This document shows, one piece after another, positions 27,988-38,142 of a DNA stretch of 64,000 nt. A program made the position numbers and the translations under genes. Below the pieces are notes generated by a model. It had not been told where the DNA came from, did no database searches, and saw only the letters and a program-made list of their open reading frames with translations. Origin of the DNA: a virus (taxonomy: Duplodnaviria > Caudoviricetes); IMG/VR virus record IMGVR_UViG_3300014204_000137, positions 1 to 64,000 of that record; one strand, given 5' to 3'. Position 1 is the stretch's first letter. Every line of letters begins with the position of its first letter.

Positions 27988-28332
27988 TTGAGCAGGCATC
28001 AAAATATAACGAATCTCGCTATCAAAAAAGCTAAGCAAAGCGATTGTAGATATAAAGTATCTGCAATTGGCTTTAACCATAAAGGCGATTTGATAGGAAC
28101 TGCAGTAAACCAACATAGAATATCCAAACCTGGATGCAGTATACACGCAGAAATAGCTTTAATCAAAAAGTGCGGAAGAAAACTACGTACCATCATTATT
28201 TGTAGAACAAATAAAAGTGGAGACATTCTACCTATTCATGCTTGTAGGACTTGTTCAATGATGGCAGAACGTTACGGGATACGCATTTACCCCTTAGAAA
28301 TAAAGGAGACTGAAAATGAAAGGCACTTGTAA
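27988..28332 (+). CDS. Zn-dependent cytidine/deoxycytidylate deaminase-fold protein
   Basis: SIHAEIA and HACRTC motifs. Confidence 0.75.
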   Translation: MSRHQNITNLAIKKAKQSDCRYKVSAIGFNHKGDLIGTAVNQHRISKPGCSIHAEIALIKKCGRKLRTIIICRTNKSGDILPIHACRTCSMMAERYGIRIYPLEIKETENERHL

Positions 28333-28495
28333 AACTTGCTTAGAAATGCAGAAGACACTAAAAGATTATTGCTGTCCAATATGCTCATTAGGAATTAAAT
28401 TATCAGACGACAACGTAATTGTGGATCCTTTTACAAAAACAGTACATATAGATTTATCAGATCCCAATCACCCTTTTTGGACGGGCAAAAAATAA
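28316..28495 (+). CDS. Small Cys-rich hypothetical protein, not in the ORF track
   Basis: RBS aaggag; MKGTCKTC...CCPIC..., 59 aa. Confidence 0.55.
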   Translation: MKGTCKTCLEMQKTLKDYCCPICSLGIKLSDDNVIVDPFTKTVHIDLSDPNHPFWTGKK

Positions 28496-28508
28496 TTTTA
28501 TTTTCCTC

Positions 28509-28537
28509 TTGATTTTTTAAGGTTTGTAACATATAAT
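28509..28537 (+). promoter_or_regulatory. Sigma70-type early promoter
   Basis: TTGATT-17-TATAAT. Confidence 0.85.
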
Positions 28538-28566
28538 TATATTGAGGAAGAAATAAGGAGACTACA

Positions 28567-28944
28567 ATGAGAGTACACGTAGATAATATATCAGGTGACT
28601 TTAGAGTAGTAGCAGACGCAGGAGAAGATATTCAAGATTTAGCGGCTGCTGTATTACTATCAAGTTATTTTGATTGTAGTCACGTAGGGATTAATAGACT
28701 ACGTTTACAAGGATACGGAAGTAAGATTACCAAAGAAGTGATGTTAAAACTTTTGGATGTAGAAAACAACATAGTCTACTTAGATTACATATTTGACTTT
28801 AAATGCACTACGCGATTAGAAGTTAAAGATGATGAGATAGTAGGAAATATTTCTCCAGAGAGATTACCAATAGGAATTTTATCATACTCTCAAAATTTTG
28901 TAGAGAAATTAAAGGATTTCGAGATAACTGTGACAGGAGTATAA
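28567..28944 (+). CDS. Hypothetical early protein
   Basis: RBS aaggag; follows the promoter. Confidence 0.7.
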   Translation: MRVHVDNISGDFRVVADAGEDIQDLAAAVLLSSYFDCSHVGINRLRLQGYGSKITKEVMLKLLDVENNIVYLDYIFDFKCTTRLEVKDDEIVGNISPERLPIGILSYSQNFVEKLKDFEITVTGV

Positions 28945-29017
28945 AAAATAATTTTGATGGTATTGTTAACTATAGTTATTTCAACAGGTTATAATAAAAA
29001 ATATTTTTGTAACCCAC

Positions 29018-29046
29018 TTGTATTTTCTCCTAAAGTATCATATAAT
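29018..29046 (+). promoter_or_regulatory. Sigma70-type early promoter
   Basis: TTGTAT-17-TATAAT. Confidence 0.75.
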
Positions 29047-29077
29047 ATATATGAGGAAGAGAAAAGGAGAAACTAAA

Positions 29078-29548
29078 ATGAACCTATACGAAGCAGAGTT
29101 AAAAATCAAGTCGTTAATGATTAAACATAACTTAACGGGTTGGAGATTTCATTTTGATATAGCTAGAAGTAGATTTGGAAGGTGTAACTACTATACTAAG
29201 ACTATTACGCTTTCAAAATACTTGACAGAGCTAAACGATGAAGAAAGAGTTACTGATACTATGCTTCACGAGATTGCTCACGCGTTAGTACATACTAGAT
29301 ATGGAACGAGAGGACATAGTCATACTTGGAAAGCTGTCTGTAATGAAATAGGTTGTTCAGGTAGACGAACGTATAATTTAACTAACACTCTCACACCCCC
29401 TTCACGATACGTATTTGAGTGTCCCAAGTGCTTAAGAACAGTACACGTAAATAGATTTCTCAATTCTGCTTGTGGAAAATGTTGTAGAGATTACAATGGT
29501 GGGAAGTTTACTTCAGAGTACAAATTTCGAGTAAAGGAACGCAATTAA
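29078..29548 (+). CDS. SprT-like zinc metalloprotease
   Basis: FGRC, TMLHEIAHAL, GH..TWK, CPKC; start moved to ATG 29078 behind aggag. Confidence 0.9.
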   Translation: MNLYEAELKIKSLMIKHNLTGWRFHFDIARSRFGRCNYYTKTITLSKYLTELNDEERVTDTMLHEIAHALVHTRYGTRGHSHTWKAVCNEIGCSGRRTYNLTNTLTPPSRYVFECPKCLRTVHVNRFLNSACGKCCRDYNGGKFTSEYKFRVKERN

Positions 29549-29568
29549 AATACTATCTAGGAGAGAGT

Positions 29569-30486
29569 ATGAAACAAATTAGACCTATGTCTGCAAATGC
29601 AACTCCCAAAAACAAACTAGAGGAACTTTATTTGGATCCTAATTATATAGGAGAGCGTAAGTTTGATGGTTCTCGATACGCACTGCAAATTGCTGACGAT
29701 GGAATCTTCTTTACTAGTAGGAAGGAATCAGTTAAAGGAGGAATGGTAGACAAAACAAAAAACGTTCCTCAAATAGTAGAGGAGATGAAAAAGCTTCCAG
29801 TAGGAACTATTCTAGATGGAGAAGTAGATGTAAGAGAAAACGTTCGCAATTTTAAATTTGTACAGTCAGTAATGGGTTCCTTGCCAGAGAGAGCACTACA
29901 ATTACAAGAAGCAAAAGAGAAGTTAGTATATAAGGTTTTCGATATTTTAGAGTTTGCAGGAGAAAATTTACGGGATAAAACGTTATTAGAACGACGATCG
30001 ATTCTCGAGCAACATATTTCTAAGGACAAATTTTGCTATTTAGTTCTAGTAGAGCAGTTTATAAATAAAAAAGAATTATATAATGAGGAGATAAGTAGAG
30101 GACAAGAAGGCATAATGTTAAAGAACCTTCAGTCTATTTACGTAGAAGATAAGTCGCCTTGCAAAACGTGGTATAAGGTTAAAGCTCATGAGACTTACGA
30201 TGGAGTTGTATTAGGATACAAATTTGGAACTCTTGGAAGTAAGTACGAAAAAGATTTAGGTACTCTGACTGTACACCAATACGTAGACGGTCAATTAATT
30301 CACGTTTCTGACGTAGGAGGTTTAACAGTACAAGAACGTAAAGAGTTTAAAGAGCGATTAGATCGAGGAGAAAAATTCATAGTTGAGTTTGACGCGTATG
30401 GTAAGTTTGAAGACACACATAGATACAGACATCCAAGTTTTGTAAGAGAACGAACTGATAAAAATGAAAAAGATTGTAAGTATTAA
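29569..30486 (+). CDS. lig: ATP-dependent DNA ligase
   Basis: ERKFDGSR, ILDGEV, VFDIL, EGIMLK, WYKVK, RHPSF. Confidence 0.95.
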   Translation: MKQIRPMSANATPKNKLEELYLDPNYIGERKFDGSRYALQIADDGIFFTSRKESVKGGMVDKTKNVPQIVEEMKKLPVGTILDGEVDVRENVRNFKFVQSVMGSLPERALQLQEAKEKLVYKVFDILEFAGENLRDKTLLERRSILEQHISKDKFCYLVLVEQFINKKELYNEEISRGQEGIMLKNLQSIYVEDKSPCKTWYKVKAHETYDGVVLGYKFGTLGSKYEKDLGTLTVHQYVDGQLIHVSDVGGLTVQERKEFKERLDRGEKFIVEFDAYGKFEDTHRYRHPSFVRERTDKNEKDCKY

Positions 30487-30504
30487 TTTATTTTAAAATC
30501 ACCC

Positions 30505-30533
30505 TTGATTTTTTAGCAATTGTAACATATAAT
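30505..30533 (+). promoter_or_regulatory. Sigma70-type early promoter
   Basis: TTGATT-17-TATAAT. Confidence 0.85.
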
Positions 30534-30554
30534 TATATTGAGGAGATAAAAGAG

Positions 30555-30842
30555 ATGTCAAACTTATATGAACACCGCTGTAAAGTTTGCGACGCAATAG
30601 CACCCGAAGGACAAGAACTTTGTACCTTCTGCCAAGCACTAAAAGATCAACCTTCAAAAAAGGAAGTGAAAAAGAAAGTAGTTAAGAAAAAGGAATCTTT
30701 ACCCAACACTATAAAATTAACGTGTACTGTATGTAAGAAGGAGTACGAGGTGAGAGCTTCTCACAAGGAACTCTATACGGAAGAAGTAAAAGCAAAATGG
30801 GTATGCATTAGATGCTCATTTAAGAAAGAGGATCACAAATGA
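30555..30842 (+). CDS. Zn-finger hypothetical protein
   Basis: Four CxxC pairs. Confidence 0.7.
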   Translation: MSNLYEHRCKVCDAIAPEGQELCTFCQALKDQPSKKEVKKKVVKKKESLPNTIKLTCTVCKKEYEVRASHKELYTEEVKAKWVCIRCSFKKEDHK

Positions 30843-31126
30843 ATACGTTAATAGAGACGATTAAGGATAGTGTACGCAAAAAGTTAACGACTCAAAATTT
30901 ATCGGGAGCACTTTTACATCTCGATGAGTTAATGCATACTCACAGAATTACAACCACCCAACATAAAGAGTTACAGGATTGGGTTTTAACAATTAAGGAT
31001 AAAAAGTTTGAGTTTTTAATGAGTGTAGGAGGAATACGTAAGTACAAATGTTTTGGATGTGGTCACGTAATTAATATTCCCCAATACCAGTTAATGGTAA
31101 AGTGTATGTATTGTGGACACTGCTAA
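30839..31126 (+). CDS. Hypothetical protein with C-terminal Zn ribbon
   Basis: CFGC..CMYC. Confidence 0.65.
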   Translation: MNTLIETIKDSVRKKLTTQNLSGALLHLDELMHTHRITTTQHKELQDWVLTIKDKKFEFLMSVGGIRKYKCFGCGHVINIPQYQLMVKCMYCGHC

Positions 31127-31154
31127 TTGAGAGATAATATAAAAAGGAGATACT

Positions 31155-31769
31155 GTGAGTACTCAAGCTTTAGCACTTCAGACGTTAGTACTTAAATATA
31201 AGGAAACGCAAAATCACATCTTAAAGGGTGAAATAATTAAGATGTTGAAACCGTTCATAATGAAGCATTCTGTACGTCTCTCTAAACTTTTACCTTTAGA
31301 GTTTGACGATATTCAGCAAGAAGTAGTTATTGCAATTCTGAAGAGATTGGAGACGTACAATACTCCAAAAGGAAGTTTTCTTTCATATTTAATAAACACT
31401 TTCAAAGGAGATCCCACTGATACACTTCAAACGTTCGTATGTAAGAAACGTGGTGGAGATGGAAAGAATCACTATATGATTCCACAATCGTTACAAGAAG
31501 TTCTCAACGGAAGTGAGGATTCAGAAACAACTCTAGAAGATACAATTGAAGATAGTAGTGACACTAGTGCATCAATCAACTACTCATTAATGGCGGATCT
31601 ACGTAAAGGACTTACTGAAGGAGATGAGCAGAAAATATTTGATCTCATCTATGAAAACCCTAATATCAGTACACAGAAAATTTCTAGTATTCTTCATTTA
31701 GCAGTGGAGAGAGTAGACGTCATTAGACAGCAGATAAAAGAGAAATGCAAAAAGATGATGGGAATGTAA
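31155..31769 (+). CDS. Phage RNA polymerase sigma factor (sigma70 family, alternative type)
   Basis: FDDIQQE, Y...KGSFLSY, SL..TLEDTIED, C-terminal HTH. Confidence 0.8.
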   Translation: MSTQALALQTLVLKYKETQNHILKGEIIKMLKPFIMKHSVRLSKLLPLEFDDIQQEVVIAILKRLETYNTPKGSFLSYLINTFKGDPTDTLQTFVCKKRGGDGKNHYMIPQSLQEVLNGSEDSETTLEDTIEDSSDTSASINYSLMADLRKGLTEGDEQKIFDLIYENPNISTQKISSILHLAVERVDVIRQQIKEKCKKMMGM

Positions 31770-31778
31770 AGGAGAAAA

Positions 31779-32102
31779 ATGTCATACGAATCTAAGCACG
31801 CAAATGCAAAAGCGAAGTTGGATAAGATGTATAGTGAACTAGATGAGCGCTGTGGTTTTAAGGATGCAGTAAAAAAGAAAGAACTTGAGGAGAAAAAGAA
31901 CTCTCAGCATCAACCTCAAATACCCACCATATGTAAGACTTGCAATTGCCGCGCGTATAGATGTTGGAATGGATATAAGAGTAAAGGAATCTGTAGAGAG
32001 TTATCGTGTCAAGTTTATAGTGAAGATACAGCAGAAAAGAAAAGGTTGGAAGAGATTGCTGCCACGTTAAATAAGTTAGCAGGAATCGAACCTACAGAGT
32101 AA
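31779..32102 (+). CDS. Hypothetical protein
   Basis: ORF with RBS ggag; Cys cluster. Confidence 0.65.
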   Translation: MSYESKHANAKAKLDKMYSELDERCGFKDAVKKKELEEKKNSQHQPQIPTICKTCNCRAYRCWNGYKSKGICRELSCQVYSEDTAEKKRLEEIAATLNKLAGIEPTE

Positions 32103-32845
32103 TGAACAAAATAATTTTTGCGTTGAGTATTTTAGGCCTAGAAAAAACTGAGCATCACGTATGCAACCTTTTATTGGATTTGGTTACCAATGTACAATAT
32201 GGAGAAGTTCCTGGCAAAAATTTAAGGGGACTACTCGAATTAACAAAAGAGAAATTATTCGATGCTCTTGAAAAATTACAGACCTTAAATGTGATTAAGT
32301 ACGTCAGAGAACCTCTTCCAGATTCGGTATACATTAAAGCGGGCGAGGGCTTTTACATGTTTAATAGTCAATATAAAACGTGGAGACCGACAGAATCTTC
32401 TCTATTTTATAAAATTTGCAAACAATTGGGACATAGATTTACTGAAGAGAGCTATTTATATATTTTAGACAACTATAATATACGAGATGCAGTAGAAGCA
32501 CAAAAAAGTAATACAGAGGAAAGATTGATTCCATACCAACTATATGATATATTTTGCGAAAGATATAAAACAACCTTCCACAGAGAGTATCGCTCTACAA
32601 ACACCAATAGAGATCTGGCGTACATGAAGAAAGTATTATTTGAATGCAGCATGAAGAATTTAAAAGATTCTCAGATAAGAGAGTTTTTAGATTGGTCGTT
32701 CAGAGTAAAGACTAGAGATTTTAAGGGAGAGTTTTTGGTAGGTTTTCTTCCTCTATGCTTGAAGGATTATTTAGCTAGCACTCTAGTTGAAAAAACGAAT
32801 TCAAAATTTATTAAAGATGAGGATGGGAGACTTAAACTAAAATGA
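32102..32845 (+). CDS. Putative replication initiator/HTH protein
   Basis: N-terminal wHTH-like segment; coupled to primase-helicase. Confidence 0.45.
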   Translation: MNKIIFALSILGLEKTEHHVCNLLLDLVTNVQYGEVPGKNLRGLLELTKEKLFDALEKLQTLNVIKYVREPLPDSVYIKAGEGFYMFNSQYKTWRPTESSLFYKICKQLGHRFTEESYLYILDNYNIRDAVEAQKSNTEERLIPYQLYDIFCERYKTTFHREYRSTNTNRDLAYMKKVLFECSMKNLKDSQIREFLDWSFRVKTRDFKGEFLVGFLPLCLKDYLASTLVEKTNSKFIKDEDGRLKLK

Positions 32846-35064
32846 GAGTAAAAAATCTCAACGTAGTAGTAGAAGCATTAAAACTAAAATTACGTGACTA
32901 CTTAGAAGAACATGGTACCCAATTTTCTAGAACTCACTTTACGTGTCCTAACAGACGCATGCATAAGAATGGAGATAATAAACCTTCATGCGGATTCTAT
33001 CCAGACGATCAGCACTTTCATTGCTTCACATGTAATTCTTCTGGTGACATATTTAACGCGGCTTCTTACTTAGAAGGCATGTCTATAGAAGGACCCGAAT
33101 TTATAGATGCTGTAGTAGAATTAGCTAAGCGTTACGAGATTCCAGTAGAGGTAGAAGAAGATGTAATGGACGCAGAAAATAGAAAACTTCATAAAATGCT
33201 CGAGTTAATTCGAGACGTCTGCCATAAGACATATCAGTCCACAGAAGCAGCAAAAAATTATGTAGCAGCTAGAAAATTAACTGAAGTAGAAGAAATAGCA
33301 AAATTTGGATATTGTAATTACGATAAATTAAAAGGATTTTTAGCAAGTAAAGGATATGATGAAAAAGATTTAGAACAGGCGGGATTATTCAATTTATTAA
33401 TGAACGAGCGTTTACTCATACCTATTTATAATGAACACAACAAGTTAGTAGCTTTCTGCAGCAGACGCATAGCAGAAGATTCTACTGAGAGATATTACAA
33501 CTCTTCTACGTGTCAAATTTATAAAAAACAACTAGTACTCTATAATTTGAATATTGCGAAACAATACGAAACTGTCATGATAGTTGAAGGACATATGAAT
33601 GTATTGACGTTACTTAAACATAAAGTGAATAATGTAGTGGCGTTAGGGGGAACCTCCATATCTGAGGACCATATTAGACAGTTAGTCAAGTATGGTGTTA
33701 AAAGAGTAGTTTTATGTTTGGACAGTGATGATGCAGGAAAACAGGCTCAAAAAGAACTTATAAAATTGTTAACCCCCATTACAGAAATTACCACTACATT
33801 AATAGAATTAGTTGATGCTAAAGATCCTGATGAGTTTATTAATAAATTTGGTATAGAAAAATTTAATGAATTGAAAGTCAAGAACGTCTTTGATTTTAAG
33901 CTAGAAAGATATATTTCTTCTTCTGGGGATAAAGATTTAAAAGAGGATTTATTAGAGTATATTGCATCTGAACCCAGTTTTATGGAAAAAGAGCAAATGT
34001 GTAAAAAGTTAGCAAAAGCAGCTAACGTTCGTCAGGAAACAGCTTTCAATGAAGTTGAGATTATAGAGAAGAAAAAATTAGGTGACTGCGAAGTTACTAC
34101 TTCCGACATAGTATCTGAAACAGGTGCTTTATTAAAAGAAGTTTTAATGTTTGAGAATTGGGCTTGGAGTAGGGGAAAACTTTTGGGATTAAATGTAGCA
34201 CAATATCCAATTATGACTGAAAAGTTAGATGGGATTCAAAATAAACTCTACGTAATTGCTGCAGAAGAAAATACAGGTAAATCTGCGTTAGCCGGTTCGT
34301 TGATGTTAAACCTTGCTATATCTAACCCAAGAGATTGTTTCGTATTATACTTCGGTTTAGACGTTGATAATAAGACGTTAGTAGCGCGTATGGGATCAAG
34401 TTTATCTGGACTACCAATTAATACTTTTAGCAATCCAAAATATAAGATTACTGAAAACGAAGGATGCTACAATAAAGATGAACTACTCAAAAAGAGAGAA
34501 GACGCTATAAATATTTTAAGAGGTCTTTCTGATTCGCTAGCAATTAAGGATGAAAAAACAGTACGTTCAGTAGAAGATATGGAACGAATGATTAAATTAT
34601 ATCAACGAAAGTATCCAGAGAAGCAGTTAGTAATATTCGTAGATAGTTTAAATCAGATGCATACGAACGTCAAAAAAGAAACCAGAGATATCTACATGTA
34701 TATTTCTGGAAAATTAAAAGAGTGGACAATTAAATTTGACGTTCCAGTTATTGCAATATCTGAGTTGAGAAAACTTAATCATCCCGGAGCGCGTCCTACG
34801 AATGATGATATTAAAGAAGTATCCGATTTAAAATATGACGCCGATGCAACCATACTAATTTATAACGAATTGCACTCTCGTAGAGAAACTACTGAACGAA
34901 CATTTACTGGACCAAATAATATGATTTACCCCATAGTTGAACTCATATTTTTTAAGAATAAAACTAGCGGATTTAAAGGAAACTTCTACTACAAGTTTTA
35001 TACTGATATTGGGAAGTTCGAAGAATGCACTTTAGACGAAATGCGAAGGTATTGGAACCAATGA
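32842..35064 (+). CDS. DnaG-type primase / DnaB-type helicase fusion
   Basis: CP..H..FHCFTC Zn finger; IVEG, LCLDSDDAG, KDPDE (TOPRIM); ENTGKS, IFVDSL, KYDAD, KNK (helicase). Confidence 0.95.
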   Translation: MRVKNLNVVVEALKLKLRDYLEEHGTQFSRTHFTCPNRRMHKNGDNKPSCGFYPDDQHFHCFTCNSSGDIFNAASYLEGMSIEGPEFIDAVVELAKRYEIPVEVEEDVMDAENRKLHKMLELIRDVCHKTYQSTEAAKNYVAARKLTEVEEIAKFGYCNYDKLKGFLASKGYDEKDLEQAGLFNLLMNERLLIPIYNEHNKLVAFCSRRIAEDSTERYYNSSTCQIYKKQLVLYNLNIAKQYETVMIVEGHMNVLTLLKHKVNNVVALGGTSISEDHIRQLVKYGVKRVVLCLDSDDAGKQAQKELIKLLTPITEITTTLIELVDAKDPDEFINKFGIEKFNELKVKNVFDFKLERYISSSGDKDLKEDLLEYIASEPSFMEKEQMCKKLAKAANVRQETAFNEVEIIEKKKLGDCEVTTSDIVSETGALLKEVLMFENWAWSRGKLLGLNVAQYPIMTEKLDGIQNKLYVIAAEENTGKSALAGSLMLNLAISNPRDCFVLYFGLDVDNKTLVARMGSSLSGLPINTFSNPKYKITENEGCYNKDELLKKREDAINILRGLSDSLAIKDEKTVRSVEDMERMIKLYQRKYPEKQLVIFVDSLNQMHTNVKKETRDIYMYISGKLKEWTIKFDVPVIAISELRKLNHPGARPTNDDIKEVSDLKYDADATILIYNELHSRRETTERTFTGPNNMIYPIVELIFFKNKTSGFKGNFYYKFYTDIGKFEECTLDEMRRYWNQ

Positions 35065-35405
35065 AGATAGTAATAGGAATAGTGATCGTTTTAATTGTTG
35101 GAGTAGCTTTCCTTATTCCAAAATTATTTACGCGAGAAGAGCCTAAAGATAATTTTGATAAACCTCACTCAGAATATCCATATGTACTAAAAGGAGTACT
35201 TTATACAAAAACAACCCAGATTAGTATGAGTATTATAGAATATGTAGAACTGGTCCAATCAAAATATGAGAGATACATAATCATCCACTATCAATATAGC
35301 GACAGTAAATTTCATTCAGGAATGCTTACAATGACTGAAGAGAATTACTTAAAGGTCAGACAAGAATTTTTATCTAGAAATATTGCCGAAGTAAAGACGG
35401 CATAA
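35061..35405 (+). CDS. Membrane-anchored hypothetical protein
   Basis: N-terminal hydrophobic helix; ATGA overlap at 35061. Confidence 0.6.
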   Translation: MKIVIGIVIVLIVGVAFLIPKLFTREEPKDNFDKPHSEYPYVLKGVLYTKTTQISMSIIEYVELVQSKYERYIIIHYQYSDSKFHSGMLTMTEENYLKVRQEFLSRNIAEVKTA

Positions 35406-35435
35406 GAGTTATAATATTAGTAGGAGGAAGTTAAG

Positions 35436-35762
35436 ATGGAATGTCCACGAAAAGATATGGAAAGCGATTATCCAGTAGAAAATTTTAGCGAACACGGAAG
35501 TGAGTGTAAACGCTGTACTAGTTATAGAAATTGCTTATTCTATAGTCAAAAAGCAGAAGAGGAGAAAATCGTGGATTCTGAAAAGAGAATACCTATTTAT
35601 AAAACTGCTGAGTATCAGGAAAGACAAACAACTTTCTTTAGAAGTCCCAAACTTACAGCAGATGACGTAGCTGATTTTAAGATCGATTTAAACACCAAGA
35701 ACATCATAAAGGAGTTAGAGAATGAAAATTCACACAGAAATAAAAATCGACGCAGCTCATAA
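35436..35762 (+). CDS. Hypothetical protein
   Basis: RBS ggagg; follows a GAGTTATAAT motif. Confidence 0.65.
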   Translation: MECPRKDMESDYPVENFSEHGSECKRCTSYRNCLFYSQKAEEEKIVDSEKRIPIYKTAEYQERQTTFFRSPKLTADDVADFKIDLNTKNIIKELENENSHRNKNRRSS

Positions 35763-36093
35763 ACTTCCCAACTACGTAGGTAAGTGTCATAACCTACATG
35801 GACACACTTGGAAGATTGTAGTAGAAATCGATGCAGACGAGTTAGACAAAAACGAGTTTGTAGTAGACTTCACCAAAGTGAAAGAAGTCGTTAACCAACT
35901 CGACCACGCATACATAAATGACTTCGTGGAGAATCCTACTGCAGAAAATATTGCTGTTTACCTAGCTAATCAAATCAAAAAGTTAGGTGACGTCTGGGAA
36001 GAATCTACTCCAGATAAAATAGTGAATAGGTTTAATTCGGTCACTATTAAAGTTTACGAAGCAGCAGAAAGTTTCGCTGAAGTAACTATTTGA
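35722..36093 (+). CDS. queD: 6-carboxy-5,6,7,8-tetrahydropterin synthase
   Basis: DAAHKL, GKCHNLHGHTW, VVDF, LDH, NPTAENIA. Confidence 0.95.
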   Translation: MKIHTEIKIDAAHKLPNYVGKCHNLHGHTWKIVVEIDADELDKNEFVVDFTKVKEVVNQLDHAYINDFVENPTAENIAVYLANQIKKLGDVWEESTPDKIVNRFNSVTIKVYEAAESFAEVTI

Positions 36094-36179
36094 CAGGAAA
36101 AACTCAGACCAGTTAGGTCACTCAAATAAACGTTCCTTCAGCTCAAAGGTTATTCAGCGAATATATTTAGGAGGGAATA

Positions 36180-36620
36180 GTGCGAGGTAGATATAGTTGG
36201 AGGCAGTTCGAAGAAGACTGCAAAGTACTTACAAAGAAGATCAAACGTAGTAAGTTTCAGCCAAAAACTATAGTTGCATTAGCTCGTGGTGGATTAACAT
36301 TAGGAGTAAAACTTTCGCACAGTTTACATACTCCATTAATGATAGTCTCTGCAAAAACATATAATGGTGAAAAACAATCTTTAAATACAGTACTTTTAAA
36401 TTCAAGTTATACTGTACCTCTTCAATCTCCAATCCTTATTCTAGATGAAATAGCCGATAGTGGAAAAACTTTAGCTGTAGTAATGGACCATTTTAAGAGT
36501 TTGGGAGTAATAGTAAAAACAGCTACAATACTCTATAAGAAGCATTCAGTAACAAAGCCAGACTATTATATAAAGGAAGTAGAAAACGAGAAGTGGATTG
36601 AGTTTCCCTGGGAGGCTTAA
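36180..36620 (+). CDS. Purine phosphoribosyltransferase (Gpt/XGPRT-like)
   Basis: ALARGG, ILDEIADSGKTL (PRPP-binding), PDYY, WIEFPWE. Confidence 0.9.
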   Translation: MRGRYSWRQFEEDCKVLTKKIKRSKFQPKTIVALARGGLTLGVKLSHSLHTPLMIVSAKTYNGEKQSLNTVLLNSSYTVPLQSPILILDEIADSGKTLAVVMDHFKSLGVIVKTATILYKKHSVTKPDYYIKEVENEKWIEFPWEA

Positions 36621-36967
36621 TGAATAAAAATACCCTGGTAGAAGAATTTTTAAAGTTAGATGAAGAATTAGAAAAAGAATCTAAAGAAGATATCCAACAT
36701 GATGACGTAAAACTTCATAGATTCTTTAATCTAATAGGTACTCCAGAAGTTCAAAATTATTTAGGAGATGAGTATCATAAAGATGGAGGACAATTTTATA
36801 TAGGAGATAAAGTACGTTCCATTAAAATTCACCAAACAGGTTGGGAAGAAGCAATCGTAGTTAAATACTCCGGACGTCCTCTTATTATTGTTAAACCATT
36901 TAATTATTTTACAGATCCAAACTCTACCTGTGTAGCAAATGAAGAAGAAATAGAAAGAGTAAAATGA
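36620..36967 (+). CDS. Hypothetical protein
   Basis: Translationally coupled ORF; F.IGDKV (SH3/KOW-like). Confidence 0.6.
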   Translation: MNKNTLVEEFLKLDEELEKESKEDIQHDDVKLHRFFNLIGTPEVQNYLGDEYHKDGGQFYIGDKVRSIKIHQTGWEEAIVVKYSGRPLIIVKPFNYFTDPNSTCVANEEEIERVK

Positions 36968-37221
36968 AAAATTATCAAATAGTAACTGATCCAATTCTTT
37001 TGAAGGGAAAATATTTTGAAATAATAGATGGAAAATTTTTCGATAGATGTGCTATGATTACGCATGCCTTTTTTGCATATTCCAATCCTAAAATGCTAGT
37101 TATTAGGTGCTACCCAGATAGATTAATAATGGAGTATGATCTATTACCGAATGAAGAGGGAAAATATAACTTAGAGAGGGTACATGAACATATCAGAGAT
37201 TTTTGTAGCTCTTCAAGGTGA
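36964..37221 (+). CDS. Hypothetical protein
   Basis: Coupled ORF, 85 aa. Confidence 0.55.
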   Translation: MKNYQIVTDPILLKGKYFEIIDGKFFDRCAMITHAFFAYSNPKMLVIRCYPDRLIMEYDLLPNEEGKYNLERVHEHIRDFCSSSR

Positions 37222-37828
37222 GGGAAGATTTCAAGGAACTCCTGTACTTTTTATAAGAACGTCAGGATGTACAAGAGCTTGTTCGTGGTGTGATACAAAA
37301 TATCATACGGAAGGAAAAGAGATTAGCATAGTAGAATTAAAAAGCACTATCAAGAGAATAGTCTGTACAGGAACTACTACAGTTGTATGGACAGGTGGTG
37401 AACCTCTAATGCAACTAAAAGAAATTTTAGAAGTTATGAAAAGACTTCCAACAGATATTAAATGGCATTTAGAAACGAATGGTGATTTAATAACTGACGA
37501 TCACGTTTACAGAACACTATCGAAACATTTTAATTATATTGCAATAAGTCCCAAATGTCTTAAAACTGGTTCAGCAGTTTATAATCTTCGACAAAGGTAC
37601 GTACCAAATAATGAAGATGCCCTAGTAGATATTAAAGTAGTGACTGATCTAGAAAAAATAAATACGGAGTTAGTATTTTTTGCTACATCTCTAATGCCTT
37701 ATACTACATATAATAGAGAAGTAGACGACGAAGTACGTAAGAAAGTTTGGATGTATTGTGTAGAACATAATCTACATTATAGTGCGCGTCTTCATACTCT
37801 TAATTTTGGTAACAAGAGAGGTGTATAA
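37184..37828 (+). CDS. queE: 7-carboxy-7-deazaguanine synthase (radical SAM)
   Basis: EIF..LQGEG, GCTRACSWCDT, TGGEP, LETNG, ISPK, RLH. Confidence 0.95.
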   Translation: MNISEIFVALQGEGRFQGTPVLFIRTSGCTRACSWCDTKYHTEGKEISIVELKSTIKRIVCTGTTTVVWTGGEPLMQLKEILEVMKRLPTDIKWHLETNGDLITDDHVYRTLSKHFNYIAISPKCLKTGSAVYNLRQRYVPNNEDALVDIKVVTDLEKINTELVFFATSLMPYTTYNREVDDEVRKKVWMYCVEHNLHYSARLHTLNFGNKRGV

Positions 37829-38142
37829 TGATATGTAGAGTGTGTGATCAAGAAATAACTGAGAACGGAACAAAAAAATTAAACATAGACGTTCATGAAG
37901 GTTGCAAAGATTTTGTAGTTTATTATGAAAATAAATCTGATATGGATTACGTTCGATGTCACGGAAACGTAATTGATCTTGTTCCATCATTTATTAATGG
38001 ATGGCTAAAAGGAGTAGGAAAATGTCCTAAGTGTGGAAAATTATATGTAACTGATAGATTTCCAGATAACCCTAAACCACGTAAACTTAAATTGCCAGAT
38101 CCACCATCGGCAGAAAAGAGATCATCAAATGCAATACAATAA
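37828..38142 (+). CDS. Hypothetical Zn-binding protein
   Basis: CRVC..H.GC, CPKCG. Confidence 0.6.
   Translation: MICRVCDQEITENGTKKLNIDVHEGCKDFVVYYENKSDMDYVRCHGNVIDLVPSFINGWLKGVGKCPKCGKLYVTDRFPDNPKPRKLKLPDPPSAEKRSSNAIQ

Noticed and set aside
36094-36179. preQ1 riboswitch between queD and the PRTase gene
   Set aside because: Only 4-bp hairpins (gacc/ggtc, cctt/aagg); no convincing preQ1 loop or pseudoknot by eye. An Rfam scan would settle it
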